This document shows positions 8,621 to 19,391 of a stretch of DNA of 64,000 bases, one piece after another (the stretch's first letter is position 1; every line of letters starts with the position of its first letter). The DNA lies in contig JADDKJ010000002.1 of the NCBI GenBank assembly GCA_033717875.1, positions 67,280-131,279 of the forward strand, read 5' to 3'. The position numbers and the translations under genes were made by a program. The notes below the pieces were generated by a model that had not been told where the DNA came from, made no database searches, and was given only the letters and a program-made list of their open reading frames with translations. This DNA is from Gammaproteobacteria bacterium (GTDB lineage: Bacteria; Pseudomonadota; Gammaproteobacteria; Ga0077554; Ga007554).

Positions 8621-8697
8621 ATCGCAGGGCGCGTCTCACGCACCGCGAGACACCGGGGTACGGACAACGCCATTGCGGTGCGCACGGCGCACCCTAC
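8621..8697. repeat. REP-1 palindromic element (cgcagg-gtgcgtctca ... ggtgcgcacggcgcaccctac)
   Basis: Related copies lie at 23523-23584, 24264-24287, 26163-26204, 42617-42638, 43119-43146 and 61305-61333. All are intergenic or at gene ends. Confidence 0.7.
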
Positions 8698-8831
8698 AAC
8701 TGCCCATGTATCGGAACTTACCACTCAACATGCACGGACCACAAAGCTCCGGTACAGCACTTCCAGTCTAGCAAAAATTCCTGAGATTCCAAGTAGGATT
8801 TTCCTGCCAGAAAGGTTATCGGACGCTTTGT

Positions 8832-11800
8832 TTAATCTTCTTGAAGCTGATCCGGATTTTCGGATGCCAGTAGCGCGGCATTCCCACCCACGGCGGCGGT
8901 GTTGGTGCTGACCACCCGCTCCACGGCAAAGCGCGGCAGCGTATGCGGGCCGCCTGCTTTGGGGCCGGTGCCGGACAGTCCTTCGCCGCCGAAGGGCTGG
9001 ACGCCGACGACGGCGCCGATCATGTTGCGATTGACATAGATATTGCCGACGCGCGCACGGTGTTGGATATGGCGGATGGTTTCTTCGATGCGGCTGTGAA
9101 TGCCGAGCGTCAATCCGTAGCCTGTGTTGTTGATCGCTTCGATCGCCTGATCCAGCTTGTTCGATGAATAGCGGACGATGTGCAGGCAGGGACCGAATAT
9201 CTCGCGCTCGAGACACGTGATGCTGTCGATTTCGAACACGCGCGGGGCGAAGAACGTGCCGTGTTCCGTGCCTGGGGGGAGGACGAGTTCGCGGATGATT
9301 TTTTCCTGGGCTGACATGTGCTGCGCGTGCGTCTCCAGGTTCGCCTTGGCGGCGGCGTCGATCACGGGGCCTATGTCCGTAGACAGTCGCGCGGGGTCAC
9401 CGATGCGCAGCTCGTCCATCGCGCAAGCCAGTGCGCCGATGGCGCGCGATGCTATCTCCTCCTGCACGAACAGCACACGCAACGCCGAACAGCGCTGTCC
9501 GGCGCTGTTGAAGGCGGAGCGGATGGCGTCGCTCACCACCTGCTCGATCAAGGCGGAGCTGTCGGCGATCATCGCATTCTGGCCGCCGGTTTCGGCGATG
9601 AAGGGAACGATGGGACCGGAGCGGGCGGCGAGCGCCTGGTTGATCGCCCGCGCCGTTTCGGTGGAGCCGGTGAAGGCCACGCCGGCGACGCGCGGATCGG
9701 TGACCAGCCTGGCGCCCACCACGTTGCCCCGGCCCGGCAGCAGATGCAGCGCGTCGCCCGGCACACCGGCCTCGTGCAGCAGGCGCACCGCGTGAACGGC
9801 GATCAAGGGTGTCTGGGCGGCGGGCTTGGCGATCACGGCATTGCCTGCGGCGAGGGCGGCGGTGATCTGGCCGATGAAGATGGCGAGAGGAAAATTCCAC
9901 GGGCTGATGCAGGCGAAAACGCCGCGGCCATGCAGGCTGAGCCGGTTGGATTCGCCGGTGGGGCCAGGCAAGGTGCTGGCCGCACCAAAATCGCGCCGCG
10001 CGAGCATGGCATAGTAGCGGCAGTAATCCACCGCCTCGCGCACCTCGGCCAGCGCATCGGGCACGGTCTTGCCACCCTCGCGCACGCACAAGGCGATGAA
10101 CTCCACATGGCGCTGCTCGAACAGATCGGCGGCGCGCCCCAGGATCTGCGCGCGCATTGCGGCGGGCGTGCGGTCCCAGTCGGGCGCAGCGGCGGACGCG
10201 AGCCGGAGCGCCTGTTCCGCCATCGCGGTATCGGCCAATGCCACCGCACCGATCTCACGGCGGCCATCGCTGGGATCATGCACACGTTGGAGCGACCCGG
10301 AAAATTCTTTGCCGCCGACGATGGGGGCAGCTGACCAGCGGCGCGTCAAAGGCTCATGCAGGGCCTGATAGAGATTCTCCACCTCGACGGGATCGGCGAG
10401 ATTGACGCCACGCGCATTGCGGCGCTCCGCGCCGTACAGATCGACGGGCAGCGGCAGGCGCGGATTGGGCTTGTCCGCAAGGGCGTTCAGCTCGTCCACC
10501 GGATCCGCGATCACCTGCTCGACGGGCAACCGCTCATCGACAATGCGATTGACGAAAGAGGTGTTGGCGCCATTCTCCAGCAGCCGCCTCACTAGATAGG
10601 GCAGCAGATCGGTTTCGCCGCCCACCGGCGCATAGACCCGGCAAGCCACGCCGGACCCATCGCTGCCCAGCAACTCGCCATACAGCGCCTCACCCATGCC
10701 GTGCAGGCGCTGGAATTCGAAATTGCGACCCTGCCCGGCAAGTTCCAGGATATAGGCCACGGTATGCGCGTTATGCGTGGCGAACTGCGGATAAAAAGCA
10801 TCCTGCGCCGCGAACAGCCGCCGCGCGCAGGCGAGATACGAAACATCCGTCGCGGCCTTGCGCGTGTATACCGGGTAACCGGCCAGCCCCTGCACCTGGG
10901 CGCGCTTGATCTCGCTGTCCCAGTAAGCGCCTTTCACCAGGCGCAGCGGGATGCGCCGCCCTTCACGGCGGGCCACGGCGGCCAGCCAGTCCAACACAGC
11001 GGGCGCGCGCTTTTGGTAAGCCTGTATGGCAAGACCGAATCCTTCCCAATCCTTGAGGAACGAATCACGGAACACGGCTTCGAAAATATCCAGCGACAGC
11101 TCCAGACGCTCCGCTTCTTCGGCATCCAGGGTGAGAGCGATACCCGCCGCCCTGGCCTGCCGCGCCAGTGCCAGCACCCTGGGCACGAGTTCGTCCAGGA
11201 CGCGCTCGCGCTGGGCAGCTTCGTAACGCGGATGCAATGCGGAAAGTTTCACCGAGATGCTCGGTGCGCTGAACACATCACCCCCTCGATCAGGGTCGGC
11301 CAGGGTATCGATGGCCTGGGAATACGCAGCGAAATAACGCCCGGCATCGCCGGCGCACAGCGCCGCCTCGCCGAGCATGTCGAAGGAATAACGATAACCT
11401 CGGCCACCTTCGGACTGGGTGCGCTGGAGTGCCTGCGTTATGGTTGAGCCCATCACGAACTGCTGCGCCAGAATATGCATCGCCTGCTTTAGCGCCAGAC
11501 GAATCAATGGCACACCGCTTCTCACCGCCAAGCGCTCCAATACGACGGATATGCGCTGTGGCGTGACCGTTTCGAACTTGACGACGCGCCCGGTCAGCAT
11601 CAGACCCCACGTCGCGGCATTGACCAGCAGGGAATGGCCGTGGCCCAGATGCGCATCCCATTGCCCTTGGGAGAACTTGTCGCGGATCAGCCGGTCGGCG
11701 GTCTCGGCATCGGGAATGCGCAGCAGCGCCTCGGCCAGGCACATCAGGATCACGCCTTCTTCGGAAGAAAGATCGTACTCGCGCAGAAAGGCATCGAGCC

Positions 11801-11981
11801 CCTGCTCCCTGCCCTTCGCACGCACAGCGGCGACCAGTCGAGCCGCTCGCGCCTGCACGCGCCGCGCGGCCTCGTCGTCCAGCCGTGCCTCGTTCAGCAG
11901 GGATTCGATACAGGTAGCTTCATCCGCGCCATAGACGGCGCGGATGGCGACGCGGAGTGAGTCGAATGAATGAAGCATCAT
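8832..11981 (-). CDS. putA: Bifunctional proline dehydrogenase / pyrroline-5-carboxylate dehydrogenase PutA
   Basis: 1049 aa with full-length similarity to PutA. It has an N-terminal DNA-binding/proline dehydrogenase part and a C-terminal aldehyde dehydrogenase part. Confidence 0.92.
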   Translation of the reverse strand: MMLHSFDSLRVAIRAVYGADEATCIESLLNEARLDDEAARRVQARAARLVAAVRAKGREQGLDAFLREYDLSSEEGVILMCLAEALLRIPDAETADRLIRDKFSQGQWDAHLGHGHSLLVNAATWGLMLTGRVVKFETVTPQRISVVLERLAVRSGVPLIRLALKQAMHILAQQFVMGSTITQALQRTQSEGGRGYRYSFDMLGEAALCAGDAGRYFAAYSQAIDTLADPDRGGDVFSAPSISVKLSALHPRYEAAQRERVLDELVPRVLALARQARAAGIALTLDAEEAERLELSLDIFEAVFRDSFLKDWEGFGLAIQAYQKRAPAVLDWLAAVARREGRRIPLRLVKGAYWDSEIKRAQVQGLAGYPVYTRKAATDVSYLACARRLFAAQDAFYPQFATHNAHTVAYILELAGQGRNFEFQRLHGMGEALYGELLGSDGSGVACRVYAPVGGETDLLPYLVRRLLENGANTSFVNRIVDERLPVEQVIADPVDELNALADKPNPRLPLPVDLYGAERRNARGVNLADPVEVENLYQALHEPLTRRWSAAPIVGGKEFSGSLQRVHDPSDGRREIGAVALADTAMAEQALRLASAAAPDWDRTPAAMRAQILGRAADLFEQRHVEFIALCVREGGKTVPDALAEVREAVDYCRYYAMLARRDFGAASTLPGPTGESNRLSLHGRGVFACISPWNFPLAIFIGQITAALAAGNAVIAKPAAQTPLIAVHAVRLLHEAGVPGDALHLLPGRGNVVGARLVTDPRVAGVAFTGSTETARAINQALAARSGPIVPFIAETGGQNAMIADSSALIEQVVSDAIRSAFNSAGQRCSALRVLFVQEEIASRAIGALACAMDELRIGDPARLSTDIGPVIDAAAKANLETHAQHMSAQEKIIRELVLPPGTEHGTFFAPRVFEIDSITCLEREIFGPCLHIVRYSSNKLDQAIEAINNTGYGLTLGIHSRIEETIRHIQHRARVGNIYVNRNMIGAVVGVQPFGGEGLSGTGPKAGGPHTLPRFAVERVVSTNTAAVGGNAALLASENPDQLQED

Positions 11982-12026
11982 GGCATGGCCTCCTCCTGAG
12001 CGGCGCGGTACTTCGATAGAGGCGCC

Positions 12027-13392
12027 TTATACTGTTATCGGCCGTGGATACGGATCATTCCACTCCACCACAATCCCCTCCTCGCCTCCTTCCGCCTGAA
12101 ACGGCTCGCAGATCCACAGGCCCACCACCGCCGCTAATTGATCTCCGACAAAGATCAACGGAATGCGCTCGCGCTGCCAGGGCGGAATGCCGCGTTCCTG
12201 GAAGAGTTTCTTCAACTCATGGGTATGGCCGCGCCCGGCGGGGCGGCATCGTTCCCCGCCTTGGCGGAAGCGTACGGTGACGGGTTGAGCATGACAGAGC
12301 GATGTCTTGAGACCGCCGCCGATAACGGTACGCGCGGTCAGTAGGCTGCCGTCCGGCAGGGTCAACGGCTGCGCCATGTCCCATTGCAACACAGCGCCTG
12401 GGTCGTGCGGCGGCAAGGGGCGCATGGCGTAAAGTATATCGCGATAGCGGCGCACCTCTGCGCCGGGCCAGCGCACGCACGGCATGCTGTCCTCGGCGGC
12501 GCGCAGCACGTCGGTCTGGATGCGATCGAGATGGGATGTCCACGGCGCGGGAAGATCGAGTTTTTTGAACCAGCGGCGCAGCGCGTTGCGAGCGCGCGCC
12601 GCGCTCAGTTGCAGCAACGGGGTAACGGCAAGCGTATCGGGGCGGGAACTGCGCATGGTTTGCAAATCGCCGTCAGCCAGCGCGTCCAGCAAGACGGCCG
12701 CTTCGGCGGCATGGCCTGCGGCACGCGACAGCGTGGCGGCACAGGCTGGCCAACGTTCTGTGAGGCGCGGCATGACCGCATGACGCAGGTGATTGCGATT
12801 AAAGCCGGTATCGGAATTGCTCGGATCTTCGATCCAGGACAGACTATGTTGCGCGGCATAAGCGGCCAGTTCATCGCGCGCAAACCCGAGCAGTGGGCGG
12901 GCGATGAAACCTTTGGAAAAAGGCACGTGCGCGGGCATAGCAGCCAGACCGTGCGGCCCTGCGCCGCGCAGCAGTTGAAGCAGCAGCGTTTCGGCCTGAT
13001 CATCCTGGTGGTGCGCGGTAAGCAGGCCATCAGCCGGTTCGATGAGCGCGGCAATGGCCCGGTAACGCGCCTGCCGCGCGGCCGCCTCGGGGCTTTCACC
13101 GGGCTGGGGTTTGGCATTGACGCGCAATGTTTGACAGGGAATGCCCAGCACCGCGCACGCCGCCTCGCAGTGGCGCGCCCATTCTCCCGAGTGGCGGCTC
13201 AGGCCATGATCGACATGCACCGCGCGCAGTTCCAAATCGGCAGGGAGTAAGGGGCGAAGACCAGCGAGCGTATGCAGCAGCACAGTGGAATCACGGCCGC
13301 CGCTGTAGGCGACCCACCAGCGTCGCGTGGGCGGCAGGTGGTTCAGTGCGCCAAGAAGGCGCTCAAGAAAGGCATCAGCAGGTGGCGGTTGC

Positions 13393-13421
<29 letters not shown>
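12027..13421 (-). CDS. tilS: tRNA(Ile)-lysidine synthetase
   Basis: PP-loop '[11 protein letters not shown]'. Its size and its position downstream of accA are typical. Confidence 0.88.
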
Positions 13422-14358
<937 letters not shown>

Positions 14359-14444
14359 AAGAAACAGAGAAAAGAGAAAAGTTAAAGACCAGGAAAATTA
14401 TACCCCACACAGCCTTCACTTTTCTCTTTATCTCTTTTCAGCCT

Positions 14445-17400
14445 TTAATAAACGACTCTCACCTGTGCTGCCCCCGCGAAATCCTTCAAACGATGCAGCA
14501 GCTCGTCGGTGGGATGCACGCACCACTCCTGGCCCAAGGCGAGCTGAGCGCGGGCGCTGGGCGTGCGGTAGTCGATCCAGATGGGACAGACACCTTCGCG
14601 GAAGGGGCCGAGCAACTGCGCCAGCTCGCCGGTAAAACCATTCCCGGCGCGGCGTTCATCGACATCGATCACCAGCCGTTTGGCATAGGTCTCGCGCGCC
14701 TGGTCGATATCGTGGATCTTGTTCGCGCTCATTTTGAAGCCGCCGGAGTATTCGTCCACGCTTACCACGCCCTCCACCACCAGCAACTTGTCCTTGATGA
14801 GGAGGTGACGCGACTTCTGGAAAATTTCGGAGAACACCGCCAGCTCGATGCGGCCGCTGCGATCGTCAAGGGTGATGAAGGCCATGCGATCGCCCTTGCG
14901 GCTGATCATGGTGCGCATCGCCACCACCAGCCCCGCCACCACCACCGTCTGATCGCGGCCGGGTTTGAGATCGACGATGCGCGCGGTGATGAAACGCGCC
15001 AGTTCCGGCTCGTAACGGGCGATGGGATGACCGGTGAGATACAACCCCAGTGTTTCCTTTTCGCCGAGCAGACGCTGGTCGTCGCTCCATTCGGGCGTCT
15101 CGACATAGGCCGCCGTCTGACCTTTATGCACGGCGCCGTCCTCGCCGGACAGACCGCCGAACAAGTCGTCCTGTCCCACGGCGTCGTTATGCGAATGCTG
15201 TTCCGCCAACTGGATGGCGGCTGTCAACGAGGCCATCAAGGTGGCGCGGTTCTTTCCCAGCTTATCCATCGCCCCGGCGCGGATCAACGCCTCCAGCACA
15301 CGCCGGTTGGCCTTGCGCAGGTCGATGCGGCGGCAGAAATCGAACAGATCGCCGAACGGCCCCTGCCGGCGAGCGGCGATCATGCCCTCGATGGCCGCCG
15401 CCCCCACGCCCTTGATCGCCCCCAGCCCATACAGAATGCTGCTTTCGCCGTTCACCGCGAAGGCGCATTCGCAGGTATTGATATCCGGCGGCAGCACCTC
15501 GATCTTCATGTCGCGGCACTCGTCGATCAGCGTCACCACCTTGTCGGTGTTGTCCATGTCGGCGGACAGCACCGCCGCCATGAAAGCAGCCGGATAATGG
15601 GCCTTGAGCCACGCGGTCTGGTATGACAACAAAGCATACGCCGCAGAGTGCGACTTGTTGAAGCCATAGCCGGCGAACTTTTCCATCAGGTCGAAGATAT
15701 AGGTGGCGACTCTTTCCTCGACGCCGTTGTTCTTCGCCCCATCGACGAAAATGGCGCGCTGCTTGGCCATCTCCTCGGGCTTTTTCTTACCCATGGCGCG
15801 GCGCAGCATGTCCGCCGATCCCAGTGTGTAACCAGCCAACACCTGGGCGATCTGCATGACCTGCTCTTGATACAGGATCACGCCGTAGGTGGGCTTGAGG
15901 ATCGGCTCCAGTGCGGGGTGCGGGTATTCCACCCGGGTGCGGCCGTGCTTGCGGTTGATGAAGTCATCCACCATGCCGGATTGCAGCGGACCGGGGCGGA
16001 ACAGCGCTACCAGCGCGACGATGTCTTCGAAGCAATCGGGTTGCAGACGCTTGATGAGGTCCTTCATGCCGCGCGATTCGAGCTGGAACACCGCCGTTGT
16101 CGCGCAGCGTTTGAGCAGGGTGTAGGCCCGCGCGTCATCGAGCGGGATGCGCGCGATGTCCAGCGCTTCTTCACCCTGTGCGGCGCGGCTGCGGTTGATG
16201 TTCTTCAGCGCCCAATCGATGATGGTAAGCGTGCGCAGGCCGAGGAAGTCGAACTTCACCAGGCCGATCGCCTCGACATCATCCTTGTCGAACTGCGTCA
16301 CCGTCCCCGCCGCGCCCTGTTCGCAGTAGAGCGGCGTGAAATCGGTGAGCGCCGAGGGCGCGATCACCACGCCACCGGCATGCTTGCCGGCGTTGCGTGT
16401 CAGCCCCTCCAGCGAGCGCGCCAGGTCGATGAGGGCGCGCACGTCTTCTTCCTGCTCGTAGCGCGTGCGCAATACCTCTTCCTTCTCCAGCGCGTCGTCG
16501 AGCGTGATGCCAAGCTCGAAGGGAATCAGCTTGGCGATCTGATCGACGAAGCCGTAAGGATGGCCCAGCACGCGCCCGACATCGCGCACCACCGCCTTGG
16601 CCGCCATGCTACCGTAGGTGATGATCTGCGACACGCGGTCGCGACCGTAGTGCTCCGTCACATATTCGATGACGCGATCGCGCCCGTCCATGCAAAAATC
16701 GACATCGAAGTCGGGCAACGAGACACGCTCGGGATTGAGGAAGCGCTCGAACAGCAGGTCGTAGCGGAGCGGATCGAGATCGGTGATTTCCAGCGCATAG
16801 GCCACCAGCGAGCCCGCGCCCGAGCCGCGCCCCGGCCCTACCGGCACGCCGTTTTCCCTGGCCCAGCGGATAAAGTCGGCGACGATCAAAAAGTAACCGG
16901 CGAAGCCCATGTTGATGATCACATCGAGCTCGAGCGCCAGGCGCTCGTCGTAAGCCTTGCGCCGCTGCTCGAATTCCGGCGCCTGGACATCGAACAGGAA
17001 GGCCAGGCGCTTCTCCAGTCCGTCACGCGCGCAGGCACGGAAGTAGGCGTCCATGGTCATGCCTTCCGGCACCGGGAAATCGGGCAAAAAGTTCTTGCCC
17101 AGCGTCAGCTCCAGATTGCAGCGGCGCGCGATCTCGACGGTGTTTTCCAGCGCCTCGGGCAGATCGGCGAACAGCTCCGCCATCTCCTGCGGCGTTTTGA
17201 GATATTGCTGCTCGGAATAGCGGCGCGGGCGGCGCGGGTCGTCCAGCACCCGTCCCTCGTGAATGCACACCCGGGCCTCGTGCGCCTCGAAATCCCCAGG
17301 CTTGATGAAGCGCACATCGTTGGTCGCCACCACCGGCACATCCCGCGCCTGGGCCAGATCGACCGCGTCGTGCAGATAGTCCTCCTCGTGCTCCCGCCCG

Positions 17401-17915
17401 GTGCGCTGCAACTCCATATAGTAGCGGTCGGGGAACAGCGCCTTCCAGCCATCGAGCAGCGCCTCGGCGACCGCGCGGTTGCCCGCCAGCAAGGCCTGCC
17501 CGACATCGCCGGCGCGCCCGCCGGACAGCGCGATCAGCCCGCCGCTCGCGCCACTCAGCCAGTCCTTGCGGAGCGTGGGAATGCCGCGCTGTTGCCCCTC
17601 GATATAGCTGCGCGACAGCAGGCGGGTGAGGTTGAGATAGCCCTCGCGGTTCTGGCACAACAACACCAGCCGCGACGGCTGGCCATTCTCCACCTCGTTG
17701 TGCAGCCATACGTCCACCCCGATGATCGGCTTCACCCCCGCCGCCATGGCCGCACGGTAAAATTTCACCATCGCAAACAGGTTGGACTGATCGGTCACCG
17801 CGCACGCCGCCATCCCCGCCTGCGCACACGCCTTCGCCAGCGGCTTGACGCGCACGATGCCGTCGACCAGGGAGTATTCGGTATGGACGTGGAGATGGAC
17901 AAAACCGGGAGTCAT
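14445..17915 (-). CDS. dnaE: DNA polymerase III subunit alpha
   Basis: The PHP-domain start '[15 protein letters not shown]' is present and similarity continues through the C-terminal OB region. The start is set at the 'MTPGFVHL' ATG because the 26 upstream codons are a translated REP element. Confidence 0.92.
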   Translation of the reverse strand: MTPGFVHLHVHTEYSLVDGIVRVKPLAKACAQAGMAACAVTDQSNLFAMVKFYRAAMAAGVKPIIGVDVWLHNEVENGQPSRLVLLCQNREGYLNLTRLLSRSYIEGQQRGIPTLRKDWLSGASGGLIALSGGRAGDVGQALLAGNRAVAEALLDGWKALFPDRYYMELQRTGREHEEDYLHDAVDLAQARDVPVVATNDVRFIKPGDFEAHEARVCIHEGRVLDDPRRPRRYSEQQYLKTPQEMAELFADLPEALENTVEIARRCNLELTLGKNFLPDFPVPEGMTMDAYFRACARDGLEKRLAFLFDVQAPEFEQRRKAYDERLALELDVIINMGFAGYFLIVADFIRWARENGVPVGPGRGSGAGSLVAYALEITDLDPLRYDLLFERFLNPERVSLPDFDVDFCMDGRDRVIEYVTEHYGRDRVSQIITYGSMAAKAVVRDVGRVLGHPYGFVDQIAKLIPFELGITLDDALEKEEVLRTRYEQEEDVRALIDLARSLEGLTRNAGKHAGGVVIAPSALTDFTPLYCEQGAAGTVTQFDKDDVEAIGLVKFDFLGLRTLTIIDWALKNINRSRAAQGEEALDIARIPLDDARAYTLLKRCATTAVFQLESRGMKDLIKRLQPDCFEDIVALVALFRPGPLQSGMVDDFINRKHGRTRVEYPHPALEPILKPTYGVILYQEQVMQIAQVLAGYTLGSADMLRRAMGKKKPEEMAKQRAIFVDGAKNNGVEERVATYIFDLMEKFAGYGFNKSHSAAYALLSYQTAWLKAHYPAAFMAAVLSADMDNTDKVVTLIDECRDMKIEVLPPDINTCECAFAVNGESSILYGLGAIKGVGAAAIEGMIAARRQGPFGDLFDFCRRIDLRKANRRVLEALIRAGAMDKLGKNRATLMASLTAAIQLAEQHSHNDAVGQDDLFGGLSGEDGAVHKGQTAAYVETPEWSDDQRLLGEKETLGLYLTGHPIARYEPELARFITARIVDLKPGRDQTVVVAGLVVAMRTMISRKGDRMAFITLDDRSGRIELAVFSEIFQKSRHLLIKDKLLVVEGVVSVDEYSGGFKMSANKIHDIDQARETYAKRLVIDVDERRAGNGFTGELAQLLGPFREGVCPIWIDYRTPSARAQLALGQEWCVHPTDELLHRLKDFAGAAQVRVVY

Positions 17916-17960
17916 GGCATCAGTATCGCGTTTCAAATGCTTAAGGAACCTCTGATTATT

Positions 17961-18090
17961 CAGAGGTTCCACGGTACAAGGATGTGCCGGCATTTTTCAA
18001 TCACTCCAAGTGATTGAAAAATGGAGAAAAGCAAAAATCACATTTTTGCTTTTCGTGCGCTGAGAATTCCAGGATGGAATTATTCAGAGC
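17961..18090 (+). repeat. REP-2 composite palindromic element, copy A (part1 17961-17990, 70-bp palindromic insert, part2 18060-18090)
   Basis: It matches copy B at 19324-19386 in inverted orientation and copy C at 31402-31457. Internal hairpins include 'ggaacctctg-attatt-cagaggttcc'. Confidence 0.7.
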
Positions 18091-18183
18091 CTCCTTAACA
18101 GACAAACATTATAAACGCTAATCCGCGGCTTGCGCGGAACGCTGATATCACCTTGAAAAATAAAAAGATTACATGAGGGCCGC

Positions 18184-18540
18184 TTATTTGATATACCGCA
18201 TCCGCGTTCCATGCAACAACGACAGGGTAATCTCTTCCGCAGTCAGCTCAGCCGGAAAATAGGCGCCGGCGATCTTGGTGGCATGGATGCTGGCCCCTTC
18301 CAGACGAGCCTTACTGAGATCGACGCCACGCAGATCGGCCTGGCGGAAATAACAGCCGCTCAGATCCAGCCCGTGGACGTCCAGACCGCGCAGATCCAGG
18401 CCGCGAAAATCGCAATTGACCAGATCGACCTTGGCCCCTTGCGCCTTCTTTTGATTGAACTCGGCGATTTGTCCATCGCGCAGCAGGCGATACATCACAT
18501 CGTCGTTCTTGACCCGAGGAGCATTGTTGCTGGCCATCAT
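18184..18540 (-). CDS. Pentapeptide-repeat protein
   Basis: Tandem A(D/N)LxG-type pentapeptides 'DLRGLDLRGLDVHGLDLSGCYFRQADLRGVDLSKARLEGA'. Confidence 0.8.
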   Translation of the reverse strand: MMASNNAPRVKNDDVMYRLLRDGQIAEFNQKKAQGAKVDLVNCDFRGLDLRGLDVHGLDLSGCYFRQADLRGVDLSKARLEGASIHATKIAGAYFPAELTAEEITLSLLHGTRMRYIK

Positions 18541-18607
18541 GGGAGATCTCCTTCTATCAAAGCCTCGTATTCAGTATATCGGTTGCGCGCCCTCTTTTCC
18601 GTAGGAT

Positions 18608-19315
18608 ATGCTCAGCGCCATCGAATACCGGGACACCCGCATGGCTCAAGAACTCCTCCCATCCGTCGAAATCGACCCCGAAACTCCTCCCGCCGCCAGC
18701 GTCATCTGGTTGCATGGACTGGGCGCCGACGGCCATGATTTCATCGACATCATCCCGCAACTCCACTTACCCAGGGAGACCGGCGTGCGCTTCGTCTTTC
18801 CTCACGCTCCTCATCGACCGGTAACCATCAACGGTGGCTATGTGATGCGCGCCTGGTACGACATTTTCAGCGGCGACATACCGCAACGGGAGGACGAGCA
18901 GGGCATCCGCGCCTCGGAACGGATGGTCCAGGCATTGATACAACGCGAGATCGAGCGCGGCATTCCCGCTCATCATATCGTACTCGCGGGTTTCTCCCAG
19001 GGCGGCGCCATCGCCCTCCACACCGGATTGCGCCAGCCACAGCGGCTGGCGGGCATCCTGGCGCTGTCCACGTACCTGCCGTTGCACACCCGTCTGCACG
19101 CGGAAGCGCACCCCGCCAATGCGGACATACCCATCATGATGATGCACGGCACGGAAGACAACATCATACCCCCGGTCTATGGCGAAATGTCATGCAAGAC
19201 GCTTCGTGAAGCGGGGTATCCGGTCGAGTGGCACAGCTATCCCATGCCGCATACGTTGTGCCCCCGGCAAATTCAGGATATCAGCGATTGGCTGCGGAAG
19301 GTACTGGGCGTTTGA
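18608..19315 (+). CDS. Phospholipase/carboxylesterase-family alpha/beta hydrolase
   Basis: Nucleophile elbow 'GFSQGGA', oxyanion-hole 'WLHGLGADG', and C-terminal 'MHGTEDNIIP' (Asp/His region). Confidence 0.8.
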   Translation: MLSAIEYRDTRMAQELLPSVEIDPETPPAASVIWLHGLGADGHDFIDIIPQLHLPRETGVRFVFPHAPHRPVTINGGYVMRAWYDIFSGDIPQREDEQGIRASERMVQALIQREIERGIPAHHIVLAGFSQGGAIALHTGLRQPQRLAGILALSTYLPLHTRLHAEAHPANADIPIMMMHGTEDNIIPPVYGEMSCKTLREAGYPVEWHSYPMPHTLCPRQIQDISDWLRKVLGV

Positions 19316-19323
19316 TATCGGAA

Positions 19324-19386
19324 GCTCTGAATAATTCCATCCTGGAATTCTCAGAGCCGGCACATCCTTGTGCCGTGGAACCTCTG
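19324..19386 (-). repeat. REP-2 composite element, copy B (inverted relative to copy A)
   Basis: It is the reverse complement of A part2 plus part1, contiguous here. Together with copy A it brackets the pentapeptide and esterase gene pair. Confidence 0.7.
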
Positions 19387-19391
19387 GCACA

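Noticed and set aside
9178-11960. Long antisense and alternative-frame ORFs inside putA (for example 9318-10334, 10701-11447)
   Set aside because: These are typical spurious open frames of 65% GC DNA. The putA frame has full-length homology and explains the region.
14359-14444. 11-bp inverted repeat (aagagaaaagt / acttttctctt) between accA and dnaE
   Set aside because: It is most simply the dnaE transcription terminator or an RNA stem. There is no further evidence of function.
17916-17993. Upstream ATG (17993) as the dnaE start, giving the N-terminus '[14 protein letters not shown]...'
   Set aside because: Those codons are the REP-2 element. The same peptide appears in a spurious ORF at copy B. 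The conserved DnaE N-terminus begins at 17915.
15648-18017. 789-aa plus-strand ORF antisense to dnaE
   Set aside because: No recognisable domains and low-complexity Arg/Ala/Gly-rich composition. dnaE on the opposite strand is unambiguous.
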